Source of the DNA: Oligoflexales bacterium
GTDB taxonomy: Bacteria; Bdellovibrionota_B; Oligoflexia; Oligoflexales; Bog-1112
NCBI GenBank assembly: GCA_045106415.1
Contig: JBGCEP010000059.1
Location: 1-22,370 of the forward strand
Direction of reading: 5' to 3'
Length of the DNA: 22,370 nucleotides
Shown here: piece by piece, positions 1 through 8,723 of the stretch
How the letters are laid out: each line of letters begins with the position of its first letter
Position numbering within the stretch: position 1 is the stretch's first letter
Made by a program: the position numbers and the translations under genes
The notes under the pieces: model-generated
What the model was told of the DNA's origin: nothing
Database searches by the model: none
Seen by the model: only the letters and a program-made list of their open reading frames with translations

Positions 1-2
1 AA

Positions 3-194
3 AACTACCGATACAACGAAGCATTAGATTGTTTTGTGGGCTGTCTTGCACAAAGAGATGTTCTTGGATACACAAGGTGGACAGAGGCTCATTGGCAAGA
101 GTTTGAGCCATCTCAAAAGTCAGAATCTCATTTCCAAAACATGTTGAAAGCAGGCCAGGGCGGATTGATTCCAAAAGGAAAGAGCAGCGTTTGA
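3..194 (+). CDS. 3' end of an unidentified CDS entering from the left edge
   Basis: Frame +3 is open from position 3 to TGA at 192-194 (NYRYNEALDCFVGCLAQRDVLGYTRWTEAHWQEFEPSQKSESHFQNMLKAGQGGLIPKGKSSV*). No family recognised. Confidence 0.5.
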   Translation, partial: NYRYNEALDCFVGCLAQRDVLGYTRWTEAHWQEFEPSQKSESHFQNMLKAGQGGLIPKGKSSV

Positions 195-279
195 TCAAAG
201 TTCGTACGGATGACATCAAAAAAATGTCAGATGATTTTGTGAGGCTTAGTGAAAGAGATATTTTCAAAGTAAAAAGGAG

Positions 280-540
280 GGTTGGTTTGAATTCAAGAGA
301 CAGCTTGAATACAAATCAAGTTGGTCTGGCGGTCAAGTCATTGTGGTGTCGGCGAAGAACGCATCTCGTAAATGTTGAGTTTGTGACCACATTTTGCCTG
401 AGAATAGAAAATCTCAGGCGAAATTCAAATGTGTCCAGTATGGCCATTCCGAGAATGCTGATGTAAATGCATCTTGTAATATTGTAGCAGCTGGTAGGGC
501 CGTGATAGCTCATGGAGATATTAGCTCGATTGCGAGTTAA
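280..540 (+). pseudogene. tnpB: IS200/IS605-family TnpB C-terminal fragment (zinc ribbon + RuvC-III), inactivated
   Basis: Frame +1 manual translation: GWFEFKRQLEYKSSWSGGQVIVVSAKNASRKC*VCDHILPENRKSQAKFKCVQYGHSENADVNASCNIVAAGRAVIAHGDISSIAS*. This matches the TnpB/InsQ pattern W.E.RRQLEYK...SQ.C..CGH...NR.SQ..F.C..CG...NADVNA..NI. It has an in-frame TGA at 376-378, the last CxxC is CVQY, and the N-terminal part is absent. Confidence 0.9.
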
Positions 541-546
541 GCCTGA

Positions 547-581
547 GAATCCTCTTCTCTTCAGGGAGAGGAGTCCTTTAA
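547..581 (+). mobile_element. IS200/IS605 right end: subterminal hairpin and degenerate terminal motif
   Basis: GAATC-CTCTTCTCT-TCAG-GGAGAGGAG-TCCTTTAA just after the tnpB stop. The hairpin spans 552-573 and resembles the typical GAATCCCC...TTCAGGG..GGGAG...TCAA right end, with TTAA in place of TCAA. Confidence 0.75.
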
Positions 582-863
582 TATAGCTTCACAACAACTT
601 ATGAAGCGTTAAGTTTTTGGCTAAGTTTCTAGTCTCTTATGGATTGGCGTGCCTAAATCGCGGCAAAATAAGATTTTTCGTTCATTTTTGATAAAGCTCA
701 TCACGAGCAACTTAATTTGCTTTTTGCACACCTTGTTACTCAGAACATTTTTAAATTAGCTCAGATCTTCTATTGGACAAAACAAGTTTGTACTTCCTGA
801 GAAATGAATTGATTGCCTAATAAGAATATGAAATAAATGATGAAAATTCTTATTGAGGTTTCT

Positions 864-1808
864 ATGTTCCGACTTTTTGGGTTTCTTTTTGTTTTTTCGG
901 TGCCTTCTTTTCTTTTTTCAAGCCCAGAAGGAAGTGATGAATGGTTACAAGAAGCTCTTAGCAATAAAGGTGCCTACTTAGAGGTTCATGGTTTGACTCA
1001 TGATAGAGATCATGCTGTCGTAACCTGGAGGTCTTCGATAGAATTTTTTGTTTACCGTCATTTTCCCATGATTGCCATAAATGAAGATGTCAAAGATGTT
1101 GTGAAAACTCTTCAAAGACATGACAGCATAAGAGTGTGGGGTTTTATAAAAATGTCGTCAGCTGGGCAGTTGCACCTAAAAGTGCAGAGGCTTGTTGTTG
1201 AGAAACGTTATGATAACTTAAGACAAAGAAGTGTTGTGGATTTAAATCTCCCCCAGAAGATTCAAGCTCGAGTTCATTTTCATAATGAAAAGGTGTTAGT
1301 CGTTGATTGGGGAAAAACAACATTTCCTATTATCGTTCCTCAAGGGAAATTGTTTTGGAGAAATGATGTTGTTGAGGTATTAGTAGAGAAGAAAAAATGG
1401 CCAAAATACCCATCCCACTTTAAAGCTTTAGAGTTCCCAGAGGTTGTTGAGTCTGCGCAACATTTCCATCAGGTGCACAAACATGTTGAAGGTCGACTTG
1501 TCCGCTATCCAAAAAGTCCTCAGATAAAGTTTGATGTGTATGCTGTGGAGTGGGTGTCGCCTCAAACTCGCTGGCCAAGGCTTTTGACAATATTGCCAGA
1601 GAATATGGATGATTTTTTTACTGTTCACCAAAAACTTGAAACTCTTTGGCAGGGTAGCGAGAGCATTGTAGAATGGGAAGGAAACCATGAAGTGAGTTCT
1701 CATATGATTCAGGTGGCTGGTAAGCTCCAAGTTCAGGACCCAGAGCAAGCAAATATTCAAGTGATTGTGACTTCATGTGATGATATTCAAGAACTTGAAC
1801 CAGAGTAG
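864..1808 (+). CDS. Exported hypothetical protein, beta-rich (possible OB-fold-like modules)
   Basis: ORF 837..1808. The better start is ATG 864, behind GAGGT (855-859), giving a signal-peptide-like N-terminus MFRLFGFLFVFSVPSFLFS. No catalytic motif recognised. Confidence 0.75.
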   Translation: MFRLFGFLFVFSVPSFLFSSPEGSDEWLQEALSNKGAYLEVHGLTHDRDHAVVTWRSSIEFFVYRHFPMIAINEDVKDVVKTLQRHDSIRVWGFIKMSSAGQLHLKVQRLVVEKRYDNLRQRSVVDLNLPQKIQARVHFHNEKVLVVDWGKTTFPIIVPQGKLFWRNDVVEVLVEKKKWPKYPSHFKALEFPEVVESAQHFHQVHKHVEGRLVRYPKSPQIKFDVYAVEWVSPQTRWPRLLTILPENMDDFFTVHQKLETLWQGSESIVEWEGNHEVSSHMIQVAGKLQVQDPEQANIQVIVTSCDDIQELEPE

Positions 1809-1847
1809 CGTGTTAAAATAAGAAGACTCATGAGCAAGAGGATATTG

Positions 1848-2732
1848 ATGTATAAAGTCATAGCACTAGCCCTGTGGGCTACACAATTTGTTGGTTGTAA
1901 GTCGGGAAAACAAACAGATGCAGAAGAGTTGAACGTAAGAGGCGAAGAGCTTGTGTTTGATGAGGTGTTTGAGGGTAAACCACTTTATTATGGGGCATCT
2001 AACATCAATGTTTTTCAAGATAAACAAGAAATTATTTATGAAACTAGTGGTTCTATGGGCGATGGCTTTTATCTGTGGACAGATGAAATTGATGCAAAAA
2101 ATGCAGCGTGCCAAGCTATTTCTCCAGAACCAGCACTTGTTACTTTTCGGATGAAAGCTGGTGCGCCGGTACCTACTGGTGTCCAACTTCCGGCAGAACT
2201 TCTTTGGCAACCTGAGGAAGTTTATGACAACTATGCCCACTATCATTTTATGGTGAGTGACACTGAAGAAGGTGATGTGCGCTTAAATCGCAAGACACCA
2301 TTCGATTGGTTTGATGTTCAGATTCAACCACTCAGTTGCCCTCCGATGACCAAAGTTCTTTGTCAGCAGCTAGGGAGTAACGTAGAACTCGTCGGTGGTA
2401 AGTGTTTGCCCCCCTCAACAAGTGCAAAATTAATTTCTGTCCCAGCACTTCAAAATCTTGAGTGGCAAGCAAAACTTGATCAGGTTTTTGATAAATGCAC
2501 CGCGCAAGGCTATGTTGCAGGTCGTATTGAACAGGCAGGGAGTATGAAATGTATTCGTGGTGAAGGTGTCTTTGCAACGTATTTAGATCGGCCGTTGGGT
2601 ACTGAAGAAGAAAGTCAAGTCGCTATTGAGCAAATTTGTGGTAACCTAGGGCACTATAAATCTGAGGGTGCTATTTATCAACAAAATGTTTACTGTTGGG
2701 ATGCGTGGGATAAAATACATATACTTGAATAA
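1848..2732 (+). CDS. Putative lipoprotein with a Cys-rich C-terminal half
   Basis: ATG 1848 follows AAGAGG. The N-terminus MYKVIALALWATQFVG-C contains a lipobox, and there are multiple C-terminal cysteines. Probably co-transcribed with 864..1808. Confidence 0.75.
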   Translation: MYKVIALALWATQFVGCKSGKQTDAEELNVRGEELVFDEVFEGKPLYYGASNINVFQDKQEIIYETSGSMGDGFYLWTDEIDAKNAACQAISPEPALVTFRMKAGAPVPTGVQLPAELLWQPEEVYDNYAHYHFMVSDTEEGDVRLNRKTPFDWFDVQIQPLSCPPMTKVLCQQLGSNVELVGGKCLPPSTSAKLISVPALQNLEWQAKLDQVFDKCTAQGYVAGRIEQAGSMKCIRGEGVFATYLDRPLGTEEESQVAIEQICGNLGHYKSEGAIYQQNVYCWDAWDKIHILE

Positions 2733-2753
2733 ATGTTGAAATATATCTTGTAG

Positions 2754-2779
2754 AAGCCACCTTTTAAGGTGGCTTTTTT
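2754..2779 (+). terminator. Rho-independent terminator
   Basis: AAGCCACCTT-tt-AAGGTGGCTT perfect inverted repeat followed by a T-run. Confidence 0.8.
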
Positions 2780-2792
2780 GTGAAGGTTGGTC

Positions 2793-5576
2793 ATGGTGAA
2801 AAAACGAAAAAATCTTGATTTTATCGAAGTTCGTGGGGCTTCAGAGCATAATTTAAAAAATGTTGATGTTGATATTCCTAAAGGGCAAATGGTCGTGATG
2901 ACCGGGGTCTCAGGGTCTGGGAAATCCAGTCTGGCTTTTGATACGATTTTCGCAGAAGGACAAAGGCGCTATGTCGAATCCCTTTCCGCATATGCACGAC
3001 AGTTCTTAGGGCAACTCGATAAACCAAAGTATGAAAGCATCCGTGGGTTGTGTCCAACCATTGCGATTGAACAAAAAAGTGGAGGCGTAAATCCTAGGTC
3101 TACCGTAGGAACTATGACTGAGATTTATGACTACTTGCGCGTGCTTTATGCTCGACTTGGAACGCAGCATTGCATCGTGTGTGAAAAACCCGTTGGACAA
3201 GGGCATTTAGGAGCAATGTCGCGGGATATCTTAAAAATTCCTATAGGAACTAAAGTCTTTTTACTTGCTCCTCAAGTTGAGAATCGAAAAGGTGAGTTTG
3301 GCGATCTTTTTACGAAACTAAAAAGCCAAGGGTATGTTAGAGCTAGAATTGACGGAGTGATGGCCCGTCTTGACGGGCAGGGGCTATTAGCAAAGAACAA
3401 AAAACATACGATTGATGTTGTTGTTGACCGATTAGTTATAGCAAAAGATCCCTCTTTTCAAAAAAGGCTTAGAGATAGTCTGGAAACGGCAGCTGTTCTT
3501 GGTGAAGGGCGAGTTGTTGTCCATATTGAAGGAAGAAGAGATAAAATCCTCAGTGCACAAAGAACCTGCTGTGGATACGCATACCCTGAGCTTGGGCCTC
3601 AATTGTTTTCATTTAACTCACCACTTGGGATGTGTGAAGTCTGTGATGGGCTAGGTCATGTGGATATGCCAGATGAAAGCCGACTTGTACATAAACCTCA
3701 GCTTTCTTTTATGCGCGGAGCGTTAGACCTTACAGACTCATTTTATGAAGAAGCTTTAAAAGGTTTGCCGAAAAAGTGGTGTGTGAGTATGGCGAAGAAA
3801 ATAAGCTCAGTCACAGGTTGTGATTATTCAAAACCATGGAAAGATCTCACCGCAGAAGAGCGTTATGATGTTTTGTGCGGTGTTGAAACAGATAAAGGGA
3901 CTAGAGTTGAAGGGGTTGAAGATCTTTTAAGAAATCTTGATATTTCCGCAGAGCTTTGGCAAACAAAAGGCATGTGCACCTCCTGTGGAGGGAACCGTTT
4001 AAATCCTTTGATGAGAGCTGTTCGTGTAGGTGGTGTTGGATTGCATGAGGTGTGTCGACAGAGCCTTTGTGACGCTTCCCTCTGGGCTGAAAAATTGAGT
4101 TTTAATGAAGATCAAATGATGATTGCAAAAGAACTCCTTAAAGAAATTCGGAGCCGTCTAAATTTTTTACTTGATGTTGGGCTTGATTATTTGCACTTAG
4201 GGAGATCTGGTGCCACCCTTTCTGGTGGCGAAGCCCAAAGAATTCGTTTGGCTTCGCAAATTGGGTCTGAGCTGACAGGGGTCCTTTATGTCCTAGATGA
4301 GCCTTCAATTGGGTTGCATCAAAGAGATCAAACTCGGCTATTACGTAGTTTGAAAATGATTCGAGACTTGGGAAATACGATATTAATGGTCGAGCATGAT
4401 CAAGAGACGATGGAAGAAGCGGACTGGGTGATCGATATAGGACCTAAAGCAGGGGAGCTTGGCGGTGAAATTATTGCAATCGGAAACTGTGAAAAGTTAA
4501 AGAAATCAAGAAAATCTCTTACGGGAAAATATCTTTCGGGAAAAATGAGAGTCTCTGAACCACGGGAACTGAGAGTGCCAGAGAAGTGGTTAAATATTAA
4601 AGAGATTCAGCATCATAACTTAAACCATGTCAGCCTTCATGTGCCCGTTGGAGTCTTAACAACTTTTACAGGGGTTTCTGGAGCTGGTAAGTCAAGTCTT
4701 GTTAAAGGTGTGTTGTATCCTGCTGTTTCGTCACAAGGAGGAACGTCAACCCGTTATAAAGAGATCACGGGTTGTGAAATGTTTGCAAGAGCAAAGCATA
4801 TTGATCAAAAACCGATAGGAAGAACCCCTCGAAGTAATCCAGCTACTTATACGCAGCTTTTTGGTCTTATTCGAGATCTTTTTGCTCAACTCCCTGAATC
4901 ACGGGAAAGAGGTTATAAAGCCGGACGCTTTTCATTTAATGTTGCGGGAGGGCGTTGTGATTTATGTCATGGAGCGGGAGTTGTTCGTGTGGAAATGCAC
5001 TTTCTTGCAGATGTTTTTGTCCCTTGCCAAGAATGTAATGGTAGGCGTTTTAACGCTCCAACACTCGAGGTTAAATTTTTAGAGCATAGTATTGCAGATG
5101 TTCTTGATCTTACCGTTGATCAAGCACTTCATCTTTTTAATAACCAGGTTAAAATTAAAAAAATATTACAAATTCTTTATGAAGTAGGTTTAGGATATAT
5201 TCAGCTAGGTCAAAGCGCGACAACGCTGTCAGGTGGAGAAGCTCAAAGAATTCGGTTATCAAAAGAGCTTGCTGGCGCGAGCCGTAATACAGGGGTGTTA
5301 TATATCCTCGACGAACCAACCACAGGTCTACATTTTGATGATATACGGCGTTTGATGATGATTCTCCATGAACTTGTAGATTATGGCCATACAGTCGTGG
5401 TCGTTGAACACAATCTTGATGTTGTGGCTGATAGTGACTGGGTGATTGACCTCGGTCCTGAAGGAGGTCAAGGAGGAGGGCAAATTTTATCTGCTGGGAC
5501 CCCGAAAGATATTGCTCGTGAAAAAACACATACAGGTGTTTACTTAAAGAAACATTTTCAACAGTGGTCTTTGTGA
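2793..5576 (+). CDS. uvrA: Excinuclease ABC subunit A
   Basis: IEVRGASEHNLKNVDVDIP, Walker A GVSGSGKSSLAFDTIFAEGQRRYVESLS, two LSGGEAQRIRL signatures, second Walker A GVSGAGKSS, PIGRTPRSNPATYT and zinc fingers. ATG 2793 follows GAAGG. Confidence 0.98.
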   Translation: MVKKRKNLDFIEVRGASEHNLKNVDVDIPKGQMVVMTGVSGSGKSSLAFDTIFAEGQRRYVESLSAYARQFLGQLDKPKYESIRGLCPTIAIEQKSGGVNPRSTVGTMTEIYDYLRVLYARLGTQHCIVCEKPVGQGHLGAMSRDILKIPIGTKVFLLAPQVENRKGEFGDLFTKLKSQGYVRARIDGVMARLDGQGLLAKNKKHTIDVVVDRLVIAKDPSFQKRLRDSLETAAVLGEGRVVVHIEGRRDKILSAQRTCCGYAYPELGPQLFSFNSPLGMCEVCDGLGHVDMPDESRLVHKPQLSFMRGALDLTDSFYEEALKGLPKKWCVSMAKKISSVTGCDYSKPWKDLTAEERYDVLCGVETDKGTRVEGVEDLLRNLDISAELWQTKGMCTSCGGNRLNPLMRAVRVGGVGLHEVCRQSLCDASLWAEKLSFNEDQMMIAKELLKEIRSRLNFLLDVGLDYLHLGRSGATLSGGEAQRIRLASQIGSELTGVLYVLDEPSIGLHQRDQTRLLRSLKMIRDLGNTILMVEHDQETMEEADWVIDIGPKAGELGGEIIAIGNCEKLKKSRKSLTGKYLSGKMRVSEPRELRVPEKWLNIKEIQHHNLNHVSLHVPVGVLTTFTGVSGAGKSSLVKGVLYPAVSSQGGTSTRYKEITGCEMFARAKHIDQKPIGRTPRSNPATYTQLFGLIRDLFAQLPESRERGYKAGRFSFNVAGGRCDLCHGAGVVRVEMHFLADVFVPCQECNGRRFNAPTLEVKFLEHSIADVLDLTVDQALHLFNNQVKIKKILQILYEVGLGYIQLGQSATTLSGGEAQRIRLSKELAGASRNTGVLYILDEPTTGLHFDDIRRLMMILHELVDYGHTVVVVEHNLDVVADSDWVIDLGPEGGQGGGQILSAGTPKDIAREKTHTGVYLKKHFQQWSL

Positions 5577-5595
5577 GAGTTAAATCTTAGAAATT

Positions 5596-5638
5596 AGTCC
5601 TGTGAGATAAAAATTTTCTCACAGGGCTTGTTGTTTTG
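5596..5638 (+). terminator. Probable terminator after uvrA
   Basis: AGTCCTGTGAGA...TCTCACAGGGCT stem (5596-5629) followed by the T-rich TGTTGTTTT. Confidence 0.65.
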
Positions 5639-5857
5639 AATCTTAGATGTGTATTTAAGTTTTTGTTGAAGTTATTTCTCAGCACTTTGAAAAAGAAGGT
5701 TCATACTAAAAATATTTTTTAAGTCAGGTTTTATAGTTTAAATGCTACAGATGACCCTGGGGTGTGTACAAGGTACGCTGTTGGTGAGAGTTCTTCTGTA
5801 ATCTTGATAAATATCGCTTTTTTGCAGCATTTTTATTTAATTTTATTCAAAAAATCT

Positions 5858-5886
5858 TTGACAAAGAAAGAAATCTCATGTTCAAT
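5858..5886 (+). promoter_or_regulatory. Possible sigma70 promoter
   Basis: TTGACA (5858-5863), 17 nt spacer, TTCAAT (5881-5886), with an AT-rich upstream tract. The -10 lacks the conserved A at position 2. Confidence 0.35.
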
Positions 5887-5930
5887 CTTCGGATAGTATG
5901 ATTTGTGAGTGATCTTTAGTGAGAAGTAAA

Positions 5931-6596
5931 ATGGAAAAAATATTTTTATGTGCTCTTCTTTTAATCCCTAAAGCTGTGATGAGTGCTGAAATCCTCAAGA
6001 ATGAGGGTGAAGGTGTTCAAAAAAAAATGAGTTTTATAGAAGGGTGGGCGCGAAATCATGTTGCTAATCAGACATCCGAAAATTATAGGTTGCTTTTAGG
6101 GTCTGTGGTTTTTGCCCCGTGCAAGGAGTTGCATGAACATTTAATGGAAGCAAGTGATTCCCCTTTGAAAAATGATTTAAACCTTCAAAATTTAATAAAT
6201 ATTTCTCCTGAAGAAGCTAAGCGAAGAGAGCATGAAACTTGTTCGATGATTGGTTTTTCAGTTGCCTCTTTTCAAAATTTGAAGCCAGAGCAAGATCTTT
6301 TAGAAGCTTTCGATCATAATTCGGAAAGTGAGTATGGTTTTATTGTTCAGGTGATGGATCAAGGTGATTTAACACCAGAGGCTGCTGTGAAGTCTCTCGC
6401 TCCTGATTTTGATTTAGACATGAGAATGTTTCAGATGGAGCAAGGTGATGTGTCTGATGAGTTCGATTCTGATTCAGAGGACGAACCAGACCTTATTCAA
6501 CAATATTTTTCTCTGGTGGGTGGAGCTTCTCTGGATTGGCTTGAACAAGTCTGGAGAAAAACATCCAGGGTTGTGCAAGAGTGTGTTGAAGCTTGA
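5931..6596 (+). CDS. Exported acidic hypothetical protein
   Basis: ATG 5931 gives the signal-like MEKIFLCALLLIPKAVMSA. Contains the acidic tract DVSDEFDSDSEDEPD. No family recognised. Confidence 0.7.
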   Translation: MEKIFLCALLLIPKAVMSAEILKNEGEGVQKKMSFIEGWARNHVANQTSENYRLLLGSVVFAPCKELHEHLMEASDSPLKNDLNLQNLINISPEEAKRREHETCSMIGFSVASFQNLKPEQDLLEAFDHNSESEYGFIVQVMDQGDLTPEAAVKSLAPDFDLDMRMFQMEQGDVSDEFDSDSEDEPDLIQQYFSLVGGASLDWLEQVWRKTSRVVQECVEA

Positions 6597-6712
6597 AAAA
6601 ATAGCATTTGCAGGTACCGAATTCATACTGAGTTCGCGTTTAAAGCATGCATTATCTGGTGTCTCGAGGTTTTTTTAAAGGCTCTAGGCTGGATATTTGG
6701 GGATATAGAAAA

Positions 6713-6741
6713 TTGACACCCATACTCTTATCTCATATTTT
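6713..6741 (+). promoter_or_regulatory. Putative sigma70 promoter for the NSS transporter
   Basis: TTGACA (6713-6718), 17 nt spacer, TATTTT (6736-6741). Confidence 0.5.
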
Positions 6742-6892
6742 TTTTTATGTCTGAAATAATCATGGTATGACTTTAAAAATCTTTCTCTTATTGTACCTTG
6801 CTTTGAGTTCAAGTATAGTTCTCAGCCTCAAGTGACTTTTTAGAGTGTTTTTCTCTTTTTTGTCGCAAAATATGATGTGAGGCTTGACCATT

Positions 6893-8176
6893 ATGAAAAC
6901 AAGAGAAACCTGGAAGTCTTCTATCGGCTTTACATTGGCTGCAGCGGGGTCTGCTGTCGGTTTAGCAAATATTTGGAAGTTTTCCTATGTTGTTGGTGAA
7001 CACGGTGGAGCAGCTTTTTTAGCAGTTTATTTTTTATGTCTTTTACTTATTGGTGTTCCTGTCTTATTTGCAGAGTTAAGTGTGGGGCGTAAAAGTTCAT
7101 GTAGTGCTGTCTTGGCATATACTGCGCTATCTACGCGTTGGGGCCGTTACATTGGGGGTTGGACGTTTCTTACGGCTTTAATCGTTAGTGGCTTTTATGC
7201 GTCTGTTGCAGGGTGGGTTCTAGGTTATGCAGTTGATGCTGCGCAGGCTTTGTGGGTCGGAAAGCGGAGTTTTGTTAATCTATCGAATTTGACAGATTCA
7301 CCTTCTTTATCGATCTTTTTCCATGGCTTTTTTGTTTTGATCTGCTCATGGGTTGTGTGTTTGGGGGTTCAAAAAGGGGTTGAGAAAGTCAGCTTGTTTG
7401 GGATGCCGTTTCTTCTTATTCTTTTGTTTTTTACTATGATTTGGTCTCTGTTACAACCTGGTGCGTTGGCTGGTGTTGTTTATGTGTTAAATCCTGATTG
7501 GAGTGCGCTCTCTCCTCAGGCCTTTTTGACAGCTTTGGGTCATGCTTTTTTTACATTAAGTTTGGGCCAAGGGACTATGATGACATATGGGAGTTATTTG
7601 CCTTCAGATGTTTCAATGAAGAAGTCTTTGCTCCGTATTGTGAGTTTGGATACTTTAATTTCTGTGATGGCTGCTGTGATGATTTTTGCGTGTGCAGGAG
7701 CAGTAGGAATACAGCCAGATGCAGGGCCTTCTCTTCTTTTTGAAACCTTACCAAGAGCCTTTGATATTTTGCCTTTTGGCTCTGTTTTTAATCTTTTTTT
7801 CTTTGTTCTTGTTGCGTTAGCTGCAATAACGTCGGAAATATCTGTCATGGAAATTATAGCTTCATATTTTACTGAGCATTATCATTATTCCAGAAAAAAA
7901 GCAGGTCTTCTCACAGGGTCCTTAAGCTTTTTAGTGGGGCTTCCGGCTGCGTTGTCAGCGAATATGTTGTCTCATATACAGTTTTTTTCTAAAGGGATTC
8001 TTGAATTTATGGATTGGGCTGCAACGTCGATTTTCATTCCGATGGGAGGACTTTTTGCTGTTATGGCTTTTATGGGGCTAGAGAAAAATATGAGTTATTT
8101 AAAGCGTGTATTTTTTGGTTTTATTGCACCAGCAGGAATTTTGATCATCTTTGTTTGTGGTCTTTTTACTTCTTGA
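6893..8176 (+). CDS. Sodium-dependent transporter, NSS/SNF (LeuT-like) family, probably an amino-acid symporter
   Basis: RETWKSSIGFTLAAAGSAVGLANIWKFSY..GEHGGAAFL (TM1), AFFTLSLGQGTMMTYGSYL (TM6), GPSLLFETLP and AAITSEIS, plus many TM helices. The Gly of the AVG motif (LeuT G24 equivalent) is retained. Confidence 0.95.
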   Translation: MKTRETWKSSIGFTLAAAGSAVGLANIWKFSYVVGEHGGAAFLAVYFLCLLLIGVPVLFAELSVGRKSSCSAVLAYTALSTRWGRYIGGWTFLTALIVSGFYASVAGWVLGYAVDAAQALWVGKRSFVNLSNLTDSPSLSIFFHGFFVLICSWVVCLGVQKGVEKVSLFGMPFLLILLFFTMIWSLLQPGALAGVVYVLNPDWSALSPQAFLTALGHAFFTLSLGQGTMMTYGSYLPSDVSMKKSLLRIVSLDTLISVMAAVMIFACAGAVGIQPDAGPSLLFETLPRAFDILPFGSVFNLFFFVLVALAAITSEISVMEIIASYFTEHYHYSRKKAGLLTGSLSFLVGLPAALSANMLSHIQFFSKGILEFMDWAATSIFIPMGGLFAVMAFMGLEKNMSYLKRVFFGFIAPAGILIIFVCGLFTS

Positions 8177-8666
8177 ATAATTTAGGGACGGTGCCTGTTC
8201 GGAAAAGGTACCGTAAAAACTTGCGAATTTCATCATCAGTGTCTGAGCTATAAATTTTAATTTTATCGAAGCAGCGATCAAAGAGTTGACGCCTTGCTTC
8301 TCCGTATTCAGACTGATCCCTACGGTCACCACTCACTAAGACAAGAGTCGACCCGCATCTGCAGTTGCGAAATTCTTGCACTCCAAACTTATTAAAGATA
8401 GAGCTACGCCCTGAGGCTGAAATTTTAGTTTTTGCTTGATAGTCTTCGAGGGATTCATAAATAGTTCCACACGTATGGCATGTTTTTGGAAAAGTGTTGG
8501 TGTAGTGCTTTGATAGCATGCTTTCGATGGATTCTGTGAGGCTGGAAAGCTCGCTCAGAGTCATCATTTCCTCGCTCAGCATTTCAACTGGAATTTTATC
8601 GATAGCATCAGAAATTTTTTGAATTTCTTTGATCTTTTGGAGCTCTTCTTGTTTATCGTAATCCAT
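8166..8666 (-). CDS. Conserved hypothetical protein with a CxxC...CxC putative metal-binding site
   Basis: FPKTCHTCGTIY...FRNCRCGSTL...DRRDQSEYGEARRQLFD. GGAGG RBS upstream. Its 3' end overlaps the NSS gene convergently by 11 nt. Confidence 0.8.
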   Translation of the reverse strand: MDYDKQEELQKIKEIQKISDAIDKIPVEMLSEEMMTLSELSSLTESIESMLSKHYTNTFPKTCHTCGTIYESLEDYQAKTKISASGRSSIFNKFGVQEFRNCRCGSTLVLVSGDRRDQSEYGEARRQLFDRCFDKIKIYSSDTDDEIRKFLRYLFRTGTVPKLFKK

Positions 8667-8694
8667 TTTCTAACCTCCAAATTTTATATCTTTA

Positions 8695-8721
8695 TAACCG
8701 GGTGCAAAGTATGAAAATTCA
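8695..8721 (-). promoter_or_regulatory. sigma28-like promoter candidate
   Basis: Minus strand TGAATTTT-N11-CCCGGTTA versus consensus TAAAGTTT-N11-GCCGATAA, 29 nt before the start at 8666. Confidence 0.4.
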
Positions 8722-8723
8722 AT

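Noticed and set aside
191..513. ORFs 191..466 (+) and 316..513 (-)
   Set aside because: They are alternate-frame shadows of the tnpB remnant, which lies in frame +1.
2733..2792. LexA/SOS box upstream of uvrA
   Set aside because: No match to the LexA boxes I know (CTGT-N8-ACAG, GAAC-N4-GTTC, GTTC-N7-GTTC). A lineage-specific box cannot be excluded.
5738..5830. 30-codon minus-strand ORF MLQKSDIYQDYRRTLTNSVPCTHPRVICSI
   Set aside because: No RBS and no recognisable similarity.
6589..6668. Cluster of 6-bp palindromes (AAGCTT, GGTACC, GAATTC, GCATGC, ATGCAT, CTCGAG) resembling a polylinker
   Set aside because: The sites are irregularly spaced with no flanking vector sequence, and part is explained by a small hairpin (6618-6636). 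Most likely chance.
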